From a virus (Duplodnaviria > Caudoviricetes): DNA of 64,000 nt. The stretch is from the IMG/VR virus record IMGVR_UViG_2540341127_000002, positions 1,290 through 65,289 of that record, one strand, 5' to 3'. A program made the translations under genes and the position numbers. Under the pieces are notes generated by a model. The model did not search any database. It was given only the letters and a program-made list of their open reading frames with translations, and was not told where the DNA came from. Positions 19,182 to 29,191 of the stretch are shown here, piece after piece (the first letter of the stretch is position 1; the number at the start of each line of letters is the position of its first letter).

Positions 19182-19517
19182 ATGAGCATCGCGGCGACCG
19201 CCGAAAAGATCATCCGCGAAACCATGGCGGAGCGCGGGCTGAAAAAGCCGGACGCGCGTCGCGTCGTGGCGCGCGAGGTCGGCGTCAAGCCCGGCGCGTT
19301 GGAGCGCCTGGGCAACGGCTCGCTCGTCCATGTCGAACGCATTACCGATCGGATCAACGCCTATGTCGTGCAGCGGCTGGAAAGAAAGATTGCGGATATT
19401 GAGCACGAACTGGCGCTGGCTCGCCTTAAGGCTGATCGCACTGTTGAACCTGACATTGACCGCGCGCGGGCTGCGCTCGAAGACGCGAGGCGGGCGCTGC
19501 GCCATGACGGAAAATGA
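19182..19517 (+). CDS. Putative DNA-binding protein
   Basis: GAGGA RBS; ARRVVAREVGVKPGALERL HTH-like plus coiled coil. Confidence 0.65.
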   Translation: MSIAATAEKIIRETMAERGLKKPDARRVVAREVGVKPGALERLGNGSLVHVERITDRINAYVVQRLERKIADIEHELALARLKADRTVEPDIDRARAALEDARRALRHDGK

Positions 19518-19851
19518 ATTGGAGCGCGCGATCGTCGGCTATCTCGACATCCGGCTGCAGAAAGGCCATTGCGCGCTGGCGCTGCCGAAGGGCGAGAGCC
19601 TGTCCGGATTTTGGCGGGAGCGCGCCTCGCCCGCCCTGCTACGCGCCGGCGCGCCGCGCCTGGCGATTGTCGGCGCGGGCAAAATCTATCTGATCTTCAC
19701 GCGCACCGAGGGCGACGACCTTTCCGAACTTGAGGAGGAATTCAAGGCGTGGTGCGCGGCGCATGACACGCCTTATTGCGTGGCCCGCTGCGTCGATGAC
19801 ATTCGCGTCGCGCTCGACCATTGGCGTATCCCGGTGAGGGCTGCGGCATGA
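19504..19851 (+). CDS. VRR-NUC-like protein (degenerate)
   Basis: [20 protein letters not shown]....[13 protein letters not shown]. Confidence 0.55.
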   Translation: MTENELERAIVGYLDIRLQKGHCALALPKGESLSGFWRERASPALLRAGAPRLAIVGAGKIYLIFTRTEGDDLSELEEEFKAWCAAHDTPYCVARCVDDIRVALDHWRIPVRAAA

Positions 19852-20111
19852 GCGACAGGGTAGACGGCGGACAGTTGCGCGCCTTCATCGAGCGGATCGA
19901 GAAGCTCGAAGAGGAAAAGCGCGCGATCGGCGACGACATCAAGAGCGTTTACGCGGAGCCAAATCGACCGGATTCGATCCGAAAGCCATGCGCGCCATCG
20001 TGGCGATGCGCCGGCAAGACAAGCATAAGCGCGAAGAATTCGAGGCGATCCTCAATCTTTACATGGACGCGCTCGGCATGCTCGGCGACACGCCGCTGGG
20101 CCGCGCCATGA
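19848..20111 (+). pseudogene. gapR: GapR/DUF2312-family gene with a frameshift near 19958
   Basis: [29 protein letters not shown] continues in the -1 frame as [17 protein letters not shown]...[11 protein letters not shown]. Confidence 0.8.
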
Positions 20112-20440
20112 CCGGGCGTCGCCGCCTGCCCAACCGCCGCGCCGGCGAGACCCGCGCGATGATGTTCCGCGACCGCGAATATCGTCTGACGGTCGGGCGC
20201 TTCGACGACGGCGGGCTCGCCGAAATTTTCATCGACGCGGAAAAGGCCTCGACCGATTCCGCCGACGACGCGCGCGACGCGGCGCTTTGCCTGTCGCTCG
20301 CCCTGCAATTCGGCGTGCCGTCGGAAACGATCCGCCAGGCCGTGACCCGCGCCAGCAATGGCGCGCCGGCCGGGGTGATCGGCGCCGTGCTGGACGCCTT
20401 GGCTGTCGACGAAACAAGGGAGCCGCATCGTGACGCATGA
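20108..20440 (+). CDS. TSCPD-like protein (resembles class II ribonucleotide reductase C-terminal domain)
   Basis: [32 protein letters not shown]. Confidence 0.75.
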   Translation: MTGRRRLPNRRAGETRAMMFRDREYRLTVGRFDDGGLAEIFIDAEKASTDSADDARDAALCLSLALQFGVPSETIRQAVTRASNGAPAGVIGAVLDALAVDETREPHRDA

Positions 20441-21314
20441 GCCGCGCGCGGGCAGTAAATTTGCGGAGGTGTTGCGCCGCGCCCGGCAAGGCGCGACGCA
20501 AAAGCAGATCGCGGCGCAGACCGGCTTTGAATATTTTTATGTCGGCGTGGCGCTGGCAAAGCTGCGTGGCCGTGGGCTGCTGGCGAAGCCCGATGAGATC
20601 TGGACCGACGCGGTGCTTGAAGCGCTGCGCGTCGCCATTGTCGTCGATGGGCTGAAAGGCACGGCGGCGGCCGCGCGGCTGACGCAGCGGTTCGAGCGGC
20701 CGTTCAGTCGCGATCAGGTCGTCGGCGTCGCGCTGCGCCGCGGCTGGCGCGCGGGCGCTGTCGACGCAGGGGCGGGCCTCGCCAAAAATCCGCCGCGCTG
20801 GACGGCGGCGGCTGAAGCCGCGTTGCGCGCCGCTGTCGCGGATAAATTGTCAGGCCGCGAAGCCGGCGTGCGCCTCACCGAGATGTTCAAAATTCCCTAT
20901 TCACGCAACATGTGCATCGCCAAAGCGCAGAGGCTAGGCCTGCAATTTATCAGCGAACCTGGACCGCGCTGCGCAAAATCAGCGCCTCAAGCGTCGGCGC
21001 GCCGGGCCGCGCGCCAGAAGAAACGCGCGCCTGCGGTCGTCTGCGGCGAAGCGCAAGAGGCCTGGGCGCCGCAGCGGCTGGCGCTGCTCGATATGCGCCC
21101 GGGCGACTGCCGCTACCCGCTTGGCGACCCGGGCGCGGAAGGCTTCGGCTTTTGCGGCGCGCCGGCGCGGCCCGGCGAAACCTATTGCGCCCATTGCGCG
21201 CGCATCGCCTATGAGACGCCAGCGCAGCGCCGCAAGCGGCGCAAGGAATGGTGCGACGCGCGCGGCCTGCGCGTCGAGCGCGAATGGACCGGGCGCGAAG
21301 GGAGGCCGGCGTGA
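20430..21314 (+). CDS. gcrA: GcrA-family regulator
   Basis: WT..., SRNMCIAKAQRLGL; LLDMRPGDCRYPLGDP...FGFCG...YCAHCARIAY. Confidence 0.82.
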   Translation: MTHEPRAGSKFAEVLRRARQGATQKQIAAQTGFEYFYVGVALAKLRGRGLLAKPDEIWTDAVLEALRVAIVVDGLKGTAAAARLTQRFERPFSRDQVVGVALRRGWRAGAVDAGAGLAKNPPRWTAAAEAALRAAVADKLSGREAGVRLTEMFKIPYSRNMCIAKAQRLGLQFISEPGPRCAKSAPQASARRAARQKKRAPAVVCGEAQEAWAPQRLALLDMRPGDCRYPLGDPGAEGFGFCGAPARPGETYCAHCARIAYETPAQRRKRRKEWCDARGLRVEREWTGREGRPA

Positions 21315-21910
21315 CGCGCCGCGCCAATCCGGCCGTGGCGCCGCAGGAGATGGTCGACGCAGCGATCGCGGCGGCGGCCAAGATATTCGGGGCGACGCCG
21401 CGCGAGGTGCGGCGCGGGTCGCGCCGGCACGCGGCGCGGCGGGCCAGCATCGTCGCCGTGGCCGGGCTCGCCGCGGCCTGTCCCGAGGCGACGCTGACCA
21501 GCGTCGGGCGGCAGTTCGGCTATTACGCCGACGGGCGCGGCGCGATCGAGCGGGTCTGCGTGGCGCGACAGGCGACATGGTGGCGCGACGATGCGGTCGA
21601 GCGGGTCGCCGAGGCGGCGCGCGCCGCGCGCGCCGCGCCGATCTCGCCGCCGATCTCGCCGCTAATCGTCGCGCCAAGCGTCGCGCCAGCGCCTACGCCA
21701 GGCCAAACGCCAGGCCAAACGCCAGGCCAAACGCCAAGCCAAACGCCAAGCCCAGCGGCGCGCGGGCCGCGCGTCGCGCGACTCCGGCCCGCGCCGCGGC
21801 CCCGCGACGTCGCGCCGATCCTGTGCGGCGATCCGCCCAAGGGCCGGCGCGAGCTGCTCGAGGCGCTGGCGAGTCCCGACTATGGACGCAGCAACGGCAG
21901 GTGGGCGTGA
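21311..21910 (+). CDS. Hypothetical protein with Pro-rich repeat
   Basis: GTGA coupling; ILCGDPPKGR end motif. Confidence 0.6.
   Translation: MTRRANPAVAPQEMVDAAIAAAAKIFGATPREVRRGSRRHAARRASIVAVAGLAAACPEATLTSVGRQFGYYADGRGAIERVCVARQATWWRDDAVERVAEAARAARAAPISPPISPLIVAPSVAPAPTPGQTPGQTPGQTPSQTPSPAARGPRVARLRPAPRPRDVAPILCGDPPKGRRELLEALASPDYGRSNGRWA
21695..21752. repeat. 12-nt coding tandem repeat (TPGQ/TPSQ), about 5 copies
   Basis: acgccaggccaa x3, acgccaagccaa, acgccaagcc. Confidence 0.9.
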
Positions 21911-22632
21911 TGGCCGGCCTTGGCGAATTTGGCGAACATATGCGCCGGCAAGAGATGGATCTCGCGCGGAATCGAAACGCGCTTGTCGGCCGCGTCGACA
22001 TGGCGCGCAAGCCGCCTGGTCCGCTCAGCGCGAGCGGCGAATGGCTGTGCGGGCATTGGGCGCAGACCGCCTCGGGCCGCGTCTTTTATCCGCTCGATCC
22101 GCGCGTCGAAGACATCTGCATTTACGACATCGCCGCCGGCCTGTCGCGCCTATGCCGCTACGCCGGGCAGCTGCGCGACGACGTCGAGCATTATTCGATC
22201 GCCGAGCATAGCGTTTGTCTTGCGCGCTATTTTTACGCGCGCGGCGAGATCGATCTGGCGCGCTGGGCGCTGATGCATGACGCCGCCGAATTCTGCGGCG
22301 AATTGATCCGCCCGATCAAAAGCGCGGTTTCCGAATATCGCACGATCGAGGCGCGGATCATGCGCGTGATCTGCGCGCGCTTCGGCCTGCCGCTCGTTGA
22401 GCCGGACGCGGTGAAACGCGCCGATCTGCGCATCCTGCTCGATGAGCGCGCCGCGGTGATGGCGCCGCCGCCCGCGCCCTGGGACGTCGACGATATGGCG
22501 CCGCTCGGCGCGATCATCCTTTGCTACCCGTCGCGCATGGCGCGCGCTGCGTTCCTGCATTGGTTCGGCGTGCTGTTTCCGAATGAACAGCTCAGCTTCG
22601 CTTCACGTGAAACATCATCAACGGCGAGGTAA
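21910..22632 (+). CDS. HD-family phosphohydrolase (5'-deoxynucleotidase-like)
   Basis: DIAAGLSRLCRYAG, YSIAEHS, ALMHDAAE, VKRADLRILLDE. Confidence 0.88.
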   Translation: MAGLGEFGEHMRRQEMDLARNRNALVGRVDMARKPPGPLSASGEWLCGHWAQTASGRVFYPLDPRVEDICIYDIAAGLSRLCRYAGQLRDDVEHYSIAEHSVCLARYFYARGEIDLARWALMHDAAEFCGELIRPIKSAVSEYRTIEARIMRVICARFGLPLVEPDAVKRADLRILLDERAAVMAPPPAPWDVDDMAPLGAIILCYPSRMARAAFLHWFGVLFPNEQLSFASRETSSTAR

Positions 22633-22637
22633 TCAAA

Positions 22638-23051
22638 ATGAATGAGAGAATCATCGGAACATTCCTAGCTTTCTTTATAATTTTCATCATCTGCGCGGGG
22701 CTCGCCGGATGCCCTCAATATGGCGTCTATCAACAACGCCTCGCCGGCGAGGCGGAACTCGCCAAAGCTGAGTTCTCTAAACGCATCGCTGTTACCTCCG
22801 CCCAAGCCAAATTGGACGCCGCGAAACTCGAAGCCCAAACGGATGTTGTGCGCGCAGAGGGCGTAGCGAGCGCGAACAAAATCGTCGCCGACAGTCTAGG
22901 CGGCCCAGAAGGTTACCTGCGCTGGAAATATATCGAAATGCTCGAGCGCTCCGATGCTGCCGGGCATGACGTCATCTATGTCCCCACTGAAGCCGGCCTC
23001 CCGATCCTCGAAGCCGGCAAGCGCCAGCGTAAAGAAACCGGAGGCCAGTGA
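22638..23051 (+). CDS. Membrane-anchored protein (SPFH C-terminus-like)
   Basis: TM helix; GEAELA, RAEGVA.AN, IYVPTEAGLPILEA. Confidence 0.75.
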   Translation: MNERIIGTFLAFFIIFIICAGLAGCPQYGVYQQRLAGEAELAKAEFSKRIAVTSAQAKLDAAKLEAQTDVVRAEGVASANKIVADSLGGPEGYLRWKYIEMLERSDAAGHDVIYVPTEAGLPILEAGKRQRKETGGQ

Positions 23052-23052
23052 G

Positions 23053-23514
23053 ATGGATGACGGATTCGAGTGGTTTGCGACCCAGGATCGCGAACGATGG
23101 CTGGCGACATACTGCATCACACGCGAAGGCGCGATCCACGTCGGCAGGAAGAGTTTCGACGGCGCGTTCTATATTTACCAGGCGCGCCGCGAGGAGATTG
23201 ATCTGCGCATTAAATCTTGGTCGCTCATGGAGCTCCTCACGGCGATCAATGACGAACGCGTCGATCCTGACGGCGACGGCTCGGTGTTTCGGCCTGCGCC
23301 GAGCGAGGCGCAGCTTTCCGACCTGGAATCCTGCGTCGAAACGGCCATCCGGCAATGGGCGTGGAAGCACGAACTCGCGCCGGAGGCCTGGGCGTTCGCC
23401 GAAAGGCGCAATGAAGAGCTAATCCCAGATGAGCGCGACTATCCGCCAGATGTTCGGGCGCGCTATCATGCTCTCGTCGCACGCATGGGCGCTCCGAAAG
23501 AGGCGCGCGTGTGA
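23053..23514 (+). CDS. Hypothetical phage protein
   Basis: GGAGG RBS; coupled to next gene. Confidence 0.6.
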   Translation: MDDGFEWFATQDRERWLATYCITREGAIHVGRKSFDGAFYIYQARREEIDLRIKSWSLMELLTAINDERVDPDGDGSVFRPAPSEAQLSDLESCVETAIRQWAWKHELAPEAWAFAERRNEELIPDERDYPPDVRARYHALVARMGAPKEARV

Positions 23515-24674
23515 TGCTACTGATCCCCAGCCACCCACTCGCGAATATCTTCCCAATGATCGAAGGCGAGGATTTCGCCGCGCTCACCGAAGATATTCGC
23601 GCGAACGGGTTGCGGGAGAAAATCAAGCTCTATGACGGCATGATCTTGGATGGGCGCAATCGCTATCGCGCCTGCCTGGAAGCTGATGTCGATCCGGTCT
23701 TCGAGCTGTTCGACGGCGACGATCCCGTCGCATATGTCATTTCACTCAATTTGCGCCGCCGACAGCTTGATGAATCGCAACGCGCCATGGTTGCGGCGCG
23801 GCTGGCGAATATGCGTCAAGGCGCGCGGACGGATTTGAGACCTTCGGCAAATTTGCCGGAAGTTTCGCAACCGCTGGCCGCTCAACTGACAAATGTCAGC
23901 GAGCGGAGCGTGCGCAGCGCGCGCAAGGTGATCGAAAGCGGTGATGACAATCTCGCTGCGGCGGTAGACCGAGGGAAGGTGGCTGTCTCGATCGCAGCGA
24001 AAATCGCCGATATGCCGGCGGCAGATCGCGAGAAAGTTATGGCTGCCGCCGCGCCGGAACACGCGGTCAAAAAGGTTGCGCGGCAAAAGAGGGAGGAGGA
24101 GCTCGCCGACAAGCAGCGCGCGCTCCCCAACAAGAAATATGGCGTGATTTACGCCGACCCGGAATGGCGCTTCGAGACCTATTCGCGCGAGACCGGCATG
24201 GATCGCGCCGCCGACAACCATTATCCGACAAGCGAGACGCAAGACATTTGCGCGCGGGGCGTCGTAGCGATCGCGGCGGATGATTGCGTGCTGTTTCTCT
24301 GGGCGACGGCGCCCATGCTCCCGGACGCGCTGCGCGTCATAGCTGCCTGGGGCTTCGCCTACAAGTCACACTGCATCTGGGCGAAGGACAAGATCGGCAC
24401 GGGCTATTGGTTTCGCAATCAGCATGAGCTTTTGCTGATCGGGACGCGCGGCAATGTTCCGGCGCCGGCGATGGGTGGCCAATGGCCGTCGCTGATCGAA
24501 GCGCCGGTCGGCGCGCACTCCGCAAAGCCGGAAAAATTCGCCGAGATGATCGAAGCCTATTTCCCCAATCTGCCGAAGATCGAATTGAACCGGCGCGGCC
24601 CGCCGCGGGACGGATGGGACGCGTGGGGGAATGAGGCGGGACAAAGCACAGGTTTGGAGGTCGGCGACGCATGA
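23511..24674 (+). CDS. ParB-like N-terminus fused to MT-A70 adenine methyltransferase
   Basis: HPLANIFP, ILDGRNR, SLNLRRRQL; IYADPEW, LFLWAT, GTGYWFRNQHE, HSAKP. Confidence 0.9.
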   Translation: MMLLIPSHPLANIFPMIEGEDFAALTEDIRANGLREKIKLYDGMILDGRNRYRACLEADVDPVFELFDGDDPVAYVISLNLRRRQLDESQRAMVAARLANMRQGARTDLRPSANLPEVSQPLAAQLTNVSERSVRSARKVIESGDDNLAAAVDRGKVAVSIAAKIADMPAADREKVMAAAAPEHAVKKVARQKREEELADKQRALPNKKYGVIYADPEWRFETYSRETGMDRAADNHYPTSETQDICARGVVAIAADDCVLFLWATAPMLPDALRVIAAWGFAYKSHCIWAKDKIGTGYWFRNQHELLLIGTRGNVPAPAMGGQWPSLIEAPVGAHSAKPEKFAEMIEAYFPNLPKIELNRRGPPRDGWDAWGNEAGQSTGLEVGDA

Positions 24675-26488
24675 GCATGCAGATGCTTCTCTGTCCTCCA
24701 TCACCGCCCGTCGATCTGCCAGACTATGGCGAGTTGCCGCCCTATCTGCGCCGGCCCGACGCGAGCGGCGCTATTGCGACGCTCGAATATGTCGCGGCGC
24801 ATTCGGGCGAGAAAGAGGATATCCCGGCAAAATGGCGCTTGAGCGGATCATCCGCCGTCATCTTGATGGCCGAGAAAATGTTCAGCGGCGCGCATGCTTC
24901 GGCGCGGCGCGACACAATTCTGTTCTTCGCCTGGTCAGCGAATTTCGACGATCTGCTCGCGATCATGCAGCGCTATCCGGTCGCCATAGATGATGGGGCC
25001 CGCGCGGCATGGGAAGCGCAATATGCCGAGGCGATCAGATCCTATCGCTTCCGCGCACTCGCCCCGAGCGCGGCCGCGGCGAGTCGGGGGCGATTCAAGG
25101 GAGAGTTGAAGCCGTTCCAAATGGAAGGCGTGCAGTTTCTGCTCTCCAATGCGCGCGGCATTCTCGCTGACGACATGGGCCTTGGCAAGACGGTGCAGGC
25201 GCTGGCGGCGGCGGAAGCGCTAGACGAATGGCCGGTCGTCGTCGTGGCGCAGCCGCATGTGCAGTCGCACTGGATCGGCAAGATTCCAGAGTTTCTTCGC
25301 GCGGAGAAGGCGCGATCGGGATTTTTACAAGACGCTGGCGCGCTGACATTCGCCGATCTACGCGGGATGAAGGTCGACGCGTCAATTCCAGCGGCCGACA
25401 TTTACGTCGTTCACTATCTCGTGCTGCATGCCTGGACGGAATTTCTGATCGAACGGGGCGTCAAGGTCGCGATCTTTGACGAAGTGCAAGAATTTCGCGC
25501 CAAGGGCACGCGCAAGCGGGCGGCTTTGGAAGCGCTGGTCAAGGCGTCGCGCTGCGCGTGGGGCCTGTCGGGAACGCCGATCTACAATCACGGCATTGAG
25601 ATGCTGAACGTCATGGATGGCGTCAATCCGGGCTGCCTCGGCACGCGCGTCGACTTCCAGATGCGTTGGTGCGATCACCGCGACCCGCGTGTCGTCAAAG
25701 AGCCGGAAGCCTTCGGCGCCTATCTCTCCGCCCGCGGGCTGCTGCTGCGCCGGCGCAAAAAGGATGTGCAAGCGCAGCTTCCGTCGAAAATGCGGGTGAT
25801 CGAAGCCATCGACGGCGACAACGCGTCTTTTGCCGAGATGATCAAAGAGGCGGTCCGCCTCGCCAAGGAAGCTGAGTTCGAAGACGCATTCGAGCGCGGC
25901 CGCAAGGAAGCGGAAGCGCTTCGCTGCGCCAGGCAAGCGACGGGCCGCGCGAAAGCTCCCGCGGCGGCGGCGTTCATCACGTCGCTGCTTGAGGCTGATC
26001 AACCAACGCTTGTTTTCGCGCATCATCACCTCGTGCATGACGCGCTGCTTGCGACGCTGGCAAAATTCGGCCCCGTCTCGATCACCGGGCGCGAGTCCAT
26101 GGCGGAGAAAGACTACAACCGCCGACTCTATATGGACGGCGAGACGAATGTCTGCATCCTCGCGCTCCGAGCCGCGACCGGCATCGATGGGCTGCAGCAT
26201 CGCACGCAGAATGTCGTTTTTGTCGAATTCGACTGGTCACCGGCGGTGCATGCGCAGGCCGAAGACCGCGCGCATCGCATGGGCCAGCAGCATCAGGTGA
26301 TGGTCTATTACCTGAAATCAGATCTCGGCACTGACCCCGAGATGATCTCGCTGCTTGGCGTGAAAGAGGCGCAGGCGCTCGGAATCCTTGGCGATAGCGG
26401 AGATTCGCAACAAGACGCGAATATCGCGCGCGAGACGGCGGAAGAGAAGAAGAGCGCCATCCTCGACATGCTGCGGAGCATGCGCTGA
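24671..26488 (+). CDS. SNF2-family helicase/ATPase
   Basis: LADDMGLGKT, FDEVQ, LSGTP, QAEDRAHRMGQ. Confidence 0.93.
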   Translation: MSMQMLLCPPSPPVDLPDYGELPPYLRRPDASGAIATLEYVAAHSGEKEDIPAKWRLSGSSAVILMAEKMFSGAHASARRDTILFFAWSANFDDLLAIMQRYPVAIDDGARAAWEAQYAEAIRSYRFRALAPSAAAASRGRFKGELKPFQMEGVQFLLSNARGILADDMGLGKTVQALAAAEALDEWPVVVVAQPHVQSHWIGKIPEFLRAEKARSGFLQDAGALTFADLRGMKVDASIPAADIYVVHYLVLHAWTEFLIERGVKVAIFDEVQEFRAKGTRKRAALEALVKASRCAWGLSGTPIYNHGIEMLNVMDGVNPGCLGTRVDFQMRWCDHRDPRVVKEPEAFGAYLSARGLLLRRRKKDVQAQLPSKMRVIEAIDGDNASFAEMIKEAVRLAKEAEFEDAFERGRKEAEALRCARQATGRAKAPAAAAFITSLLEADQPTLVFAHHHLVHDALLATLAKFGPVSITGRESMAEKDYNRRLYMDGETNVCILALRAATGIDGLQHRTQNVVFVEFDWSPAVHAQAEDRAHRMGQQHQVMVYYLKSDLGTDPEMISLLGVKEAQALGILGDSGDSQQDANIARETAEEKKSAILDMLRSMR

Positions 26489-26823
26489 TGCTCCGCATAA
26501 CCTTCGAAATCTTGCCCGGCGGCTCTGAGGCCAAGAAACGCACGATCGGCTTGATGGAGCTCGCGCTGATCAAGCGGCATCCGAACGGGACGGCGGATTA
26601 TGCGGTCGTGATGACGAAATGTCCGCCGTTCAAGGGCGCGCTGAAAGCCGCCTGGCGCAAAGGCAGCGTGACGTCTGACGGCGCGGCGATGAATCGCGTC
26701 ATGGCCGGCGAAGACGAAGAGCTGATCGTCGCGCTGGCGGAGGGCCATCACCGCACGCGGCGCGGCTGTTACGATCTGCTGCTGCGCGCGCTGAAGGGCT
26801 GCGGCATGGAGGCGCGGCAGTGA
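26488..26823 (+). CDS. Hypothetical phage protein
   Basis: Coupled ORF MLRITFEILPGG. Confidence 0.65.
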   Translation: MLRITFEILPGGSEAKKRTIGLMELALIKRHPNGTADYAVVMTKCPPFKGALKAAWRKGSVTSDGAAMNRVMAGEDEELIVALAEGHHRTRRGCYDLLLRALKGCGMEARQ

Positions 26824-27083
26824 GCGATTGGGCGAAGAAAACAGCTGACAAATACATTCGCTCAGACGGACGGCCGCCGGACGGGAGAAAGGCCTCATCT
26901 TATCACGACGCTGCTGAAGCCGCATGGCGCGCGAACGCTGAAATCGTGCACCGTTTTCTGCGGCGAAAAGAGAATCTCAACGATGCGGAGGGGCGCGAGG
27001 CGCTGTTCGCATTTCAGAGGATTGGAGACGGCGTCAATCGCCAGCATAAGAGATTTCTCAGCGAGATGGCGGCCCGGCAGTGA
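26820..27083 (+). CDS. Hypothetical phage protein
   Basis: GTGA-coupled. Confidence 0.55.
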   Translation: MSDWAKKTADKYIRSDGRPPDGRKASSYHDAAEAAWRANAEIVHRFLRRKENLNDAEGREALFAFQRIGDGVNRQHKRFLSEMAARQ

Positions 27084-27304
27084 CCCAATCGCGCACCGAC
27101 TCCCTTCGAGAAACCCTTGCGCACACGCTGGCGCGCTTTGTCGTCTCGGCGCTGGCGACAGCCTATGTGCTGCCGCTCGTCGGCGTCGATTTGCCGCTCA
27201 CGCAAAATCTCACAGCGCGCGCGGCGATGACGGCGATTCACGCCGCGCCGACTTACGCGATCCGCCGGGCGTTCAATGCGCGCGTGGGGAGGTCGGCACT
27301 ATGA
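27080..27304 (+). CDS. Small phage membrane protein
   Basis: QSRTDSLRETL...YAIRRAFN. Confidence 0.65.
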   Translation: MTQSRTDSLRETLAHTLARFVVSALATAYVLPLVGVDLPLTQNLTARAAMTAIHAAPTYAIRRAFNARVGRSAL

Positions 27305-27597
27305 GTGTGGCGCCGGCGCGGATCATTCGCGAAGCTATGATCGGCCATCCCATGGTTGGGGATCCGCGCTTTGACGACAGCGGCAAGGATGGCTTGCTCA
27401 TTCGCCGCGCCTGTCAATATGCAGCTGGAATTTTGAAGAAACGCGGCCTTCTGCCCGACGACGCGAGTCATTTATCGGCCACATGGATTCCGCAGCAGCG
27501 CTGCGTGATCTTTTGGCGCGACGGCGTCATCGCCACGATTTACCGCATTCCCGATTACGTCATGGATTACGACCCGAAGAGGGCGCTGCTGCCATGA
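27301..27597 (+). CDS. Hypothetical phage protein
   Basis: GGAGG RBS; ATGA-coupled. Confidence 0.55.
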   Translation: MSVAPARIIREAMIGHPMVGDPRFDDSGKDGLLIRRACQYAAGILKKRGLLPDDASHLSATWIPQQRCVIFWRDGVIATIYRIPDYVMDYDPKRALLP

Positions 27598-27630
27598 CGA
27601 AGCGCTCGTGAAACTGAGAGGAGAACTAAA

Positions 27631-27978
27631 ATGAGTATGCAGGCATTGCAATGGGCGCATGAGCAGAAAGTCGGCCACCCAGAGGCAAAACTCGTCTTGA
27701 TCTTACTCGCGGCGGCGAGCGGCTGGCCCGAGGCCGCCTGTTTTCCGGATCTGGGAAAACTCGCCGAGCAAGCTGAGATTCGCTCGGCTTATGAGCTGCG
27801 GTTCATTCTCTCGCGGCTGAAGCAGCAAGGCTTGGTCGTCGAGATCGAACCTGACTTCGGATTCCTGATCTTGCCGTCTGACGAGGACTCCCGCGCGCTC
27901 GCGGCAGACCCAGATCGCGCGCGGCGGGAGTTCGCCGACTATCTCCCCTCGCGCCGTCAGATGAACCCGCAGAAATAG
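27631..27978 (+). CDS. HTH protein resembling a replication-initiator N-terminus
   Basis: MSMQALQWA, AKLVLILLA, CFP....LAEQAE. Confidence 0.7.
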   Translation: MSMQALQWAHEQKVGHPEAKLVLILLAAASGWPEAACFPDLGKLAEQAEIRSAYELRFILSRLKQQGLVVEIEPDFGFLILPSDEDSRALAADPDRARREFADYLPSRRQMNPQK

Positions 27979-28016
27979 CAGCATCATCTTTTTCCTTAAC
28001 AGTGGAGGCCAAGAAA

Positions 28017-29123
28017 ATGGCGGAGGCGATGGTGCGCATTCACCGCGCGGCGCGACGACGGTCATACACGATCGTCGACAACGCCATTCTTGCCGGCGGC
28101 GCGCTCTCGCTCGAGGCTATGGGCCTTTTGGCGCATCTCTTGTCGCGTCCGGACGACTGGAATGTTTCGCTTGCGCAGCTCGGGCGCCTGCATGGCGTCG
28201 GGCGAGATCGCATCCGGCGGATCATGCACGAAATCCGCGACGCCGGGTATGCGCGGCTGGAGACGATCCGCGACCCTGAAACGGGCCATTTGCGCGGCAC
28301 AGTGTGGAACGTGATGGAGCTGGCGGAGACGGACGAAGCCTGCGCGGCGCGTGTCGCCGCCGACGCTCACCGAGAGCCTGAAAACCCGTCTCTCGGTGAA
28401 GAATCAACAACATCCACCGAGAGCCTGAAAACACCGACGCTCGGTGAAAACCGACAGTCGGAAAACACCGACGCTCGGCGAAAACCGACTGTCGGTTTTC
28501 AGGGCGCCAACCAATTAATATATAATAAACCAATTACTGACTCTGAGAACCAAAGCTCTCTCTCTGAAGATTCGGTTGAATGCCGCGAGCGAGAGAGAGA
28601 GGATTTTCCAGAGCCAAATTTAGAAGCTCCTGTGGATTCACCACAAGCGGCGCGATCGCTTGTCGAGCATGATTGGGATAAATTCCGCGAGCGCTGGAGA
28701 TGGCGCGCCGATGAGGCCGAAGACGTCGCGAAATGCGTGTTCGTCCATCTGGGCCAGGCCGATCGGGCCGCCGCGCTCCGCCATGTGCGCTATTACCTTG
28801 ACGACAAGGCGAAGAAAGGCAAGCCGACCCTTTACGCTGGCAATTGGTTGAAAAATCGCGGCTGGGAAGAATTTGCTGAGCGAGAGGCGAGGGTCGCTGA
28901 GGCCGTTGCCCGGCGCAGACGCGAAGAGCGCGAGAAATACGGCGGTGTGATCATCCGACAAGGAACGCCACAGGCGGCGGCGTGGGCGCGCCACGACGGC
29001 GTTCGTCTCAAGTTCGGCCACGTCGGGCCGTTTTACGACGCCGTCGTGAAGCCCAGCGAATGGCCGCCATCTGCGACACATGGCGACGCGCCGCAGACCG
29101 AGCCGAGGCGCGAGGCAGGGTGA
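28017..29123 (+). CDS. Phage replication initiator protein
   Basis: YTIVDNAIL, LSLEAMGLLAHLLSRPDDW; internal iteron-like repeats. Confidence 0.8.
   Translation: MAEAMVRIHRAARRRSYTIVDNAILAGGALSLEAMGLLAHLLSRPDDWNVSLAQLGRLHGVGRDRIRRIMHEIRDAGYARLETIRDPETGHLRGTVWNVMELAETDEACAARVAADAHREPENPSLGEESTTSTESLKTPTLGENRQSENTDARRKPTVGFQGANQLIYNKPITDSENQSSLSEDSVECREREREDFPEPNLEAPVDSPQAARSLVEHDWDKFRERWRWRADEAEDVAKCVFVHLGQADRAAALRHVRYYLDDKAKKGKPTLYAGNWLKNRGWEEFAEREARVAEAVARRRREEREKYGGVIIRQGTPQAAAWARHDGVRLKFGHVGPFYDAVVKPSEWPPSATHGDAPQTEPRREAG
28368..28540. repeat. Iteron-like repeats plus AT-rich stretch; putative replication origin
   Basis: caccgagagcctgaaaac twice; gaaaacaccgacgctcgg twice; aaaaccgactgtcggtttt palindrome; then ccaattaatatataataaac. 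Confidence 0.75.
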
Positions 29124-29191
29124 GGCGTTGGGATGCGGGAGGGTGTGGCGTGTGGCGTTTGCGTTAGGCGGACATTGGGGAGCAAGCGCGC

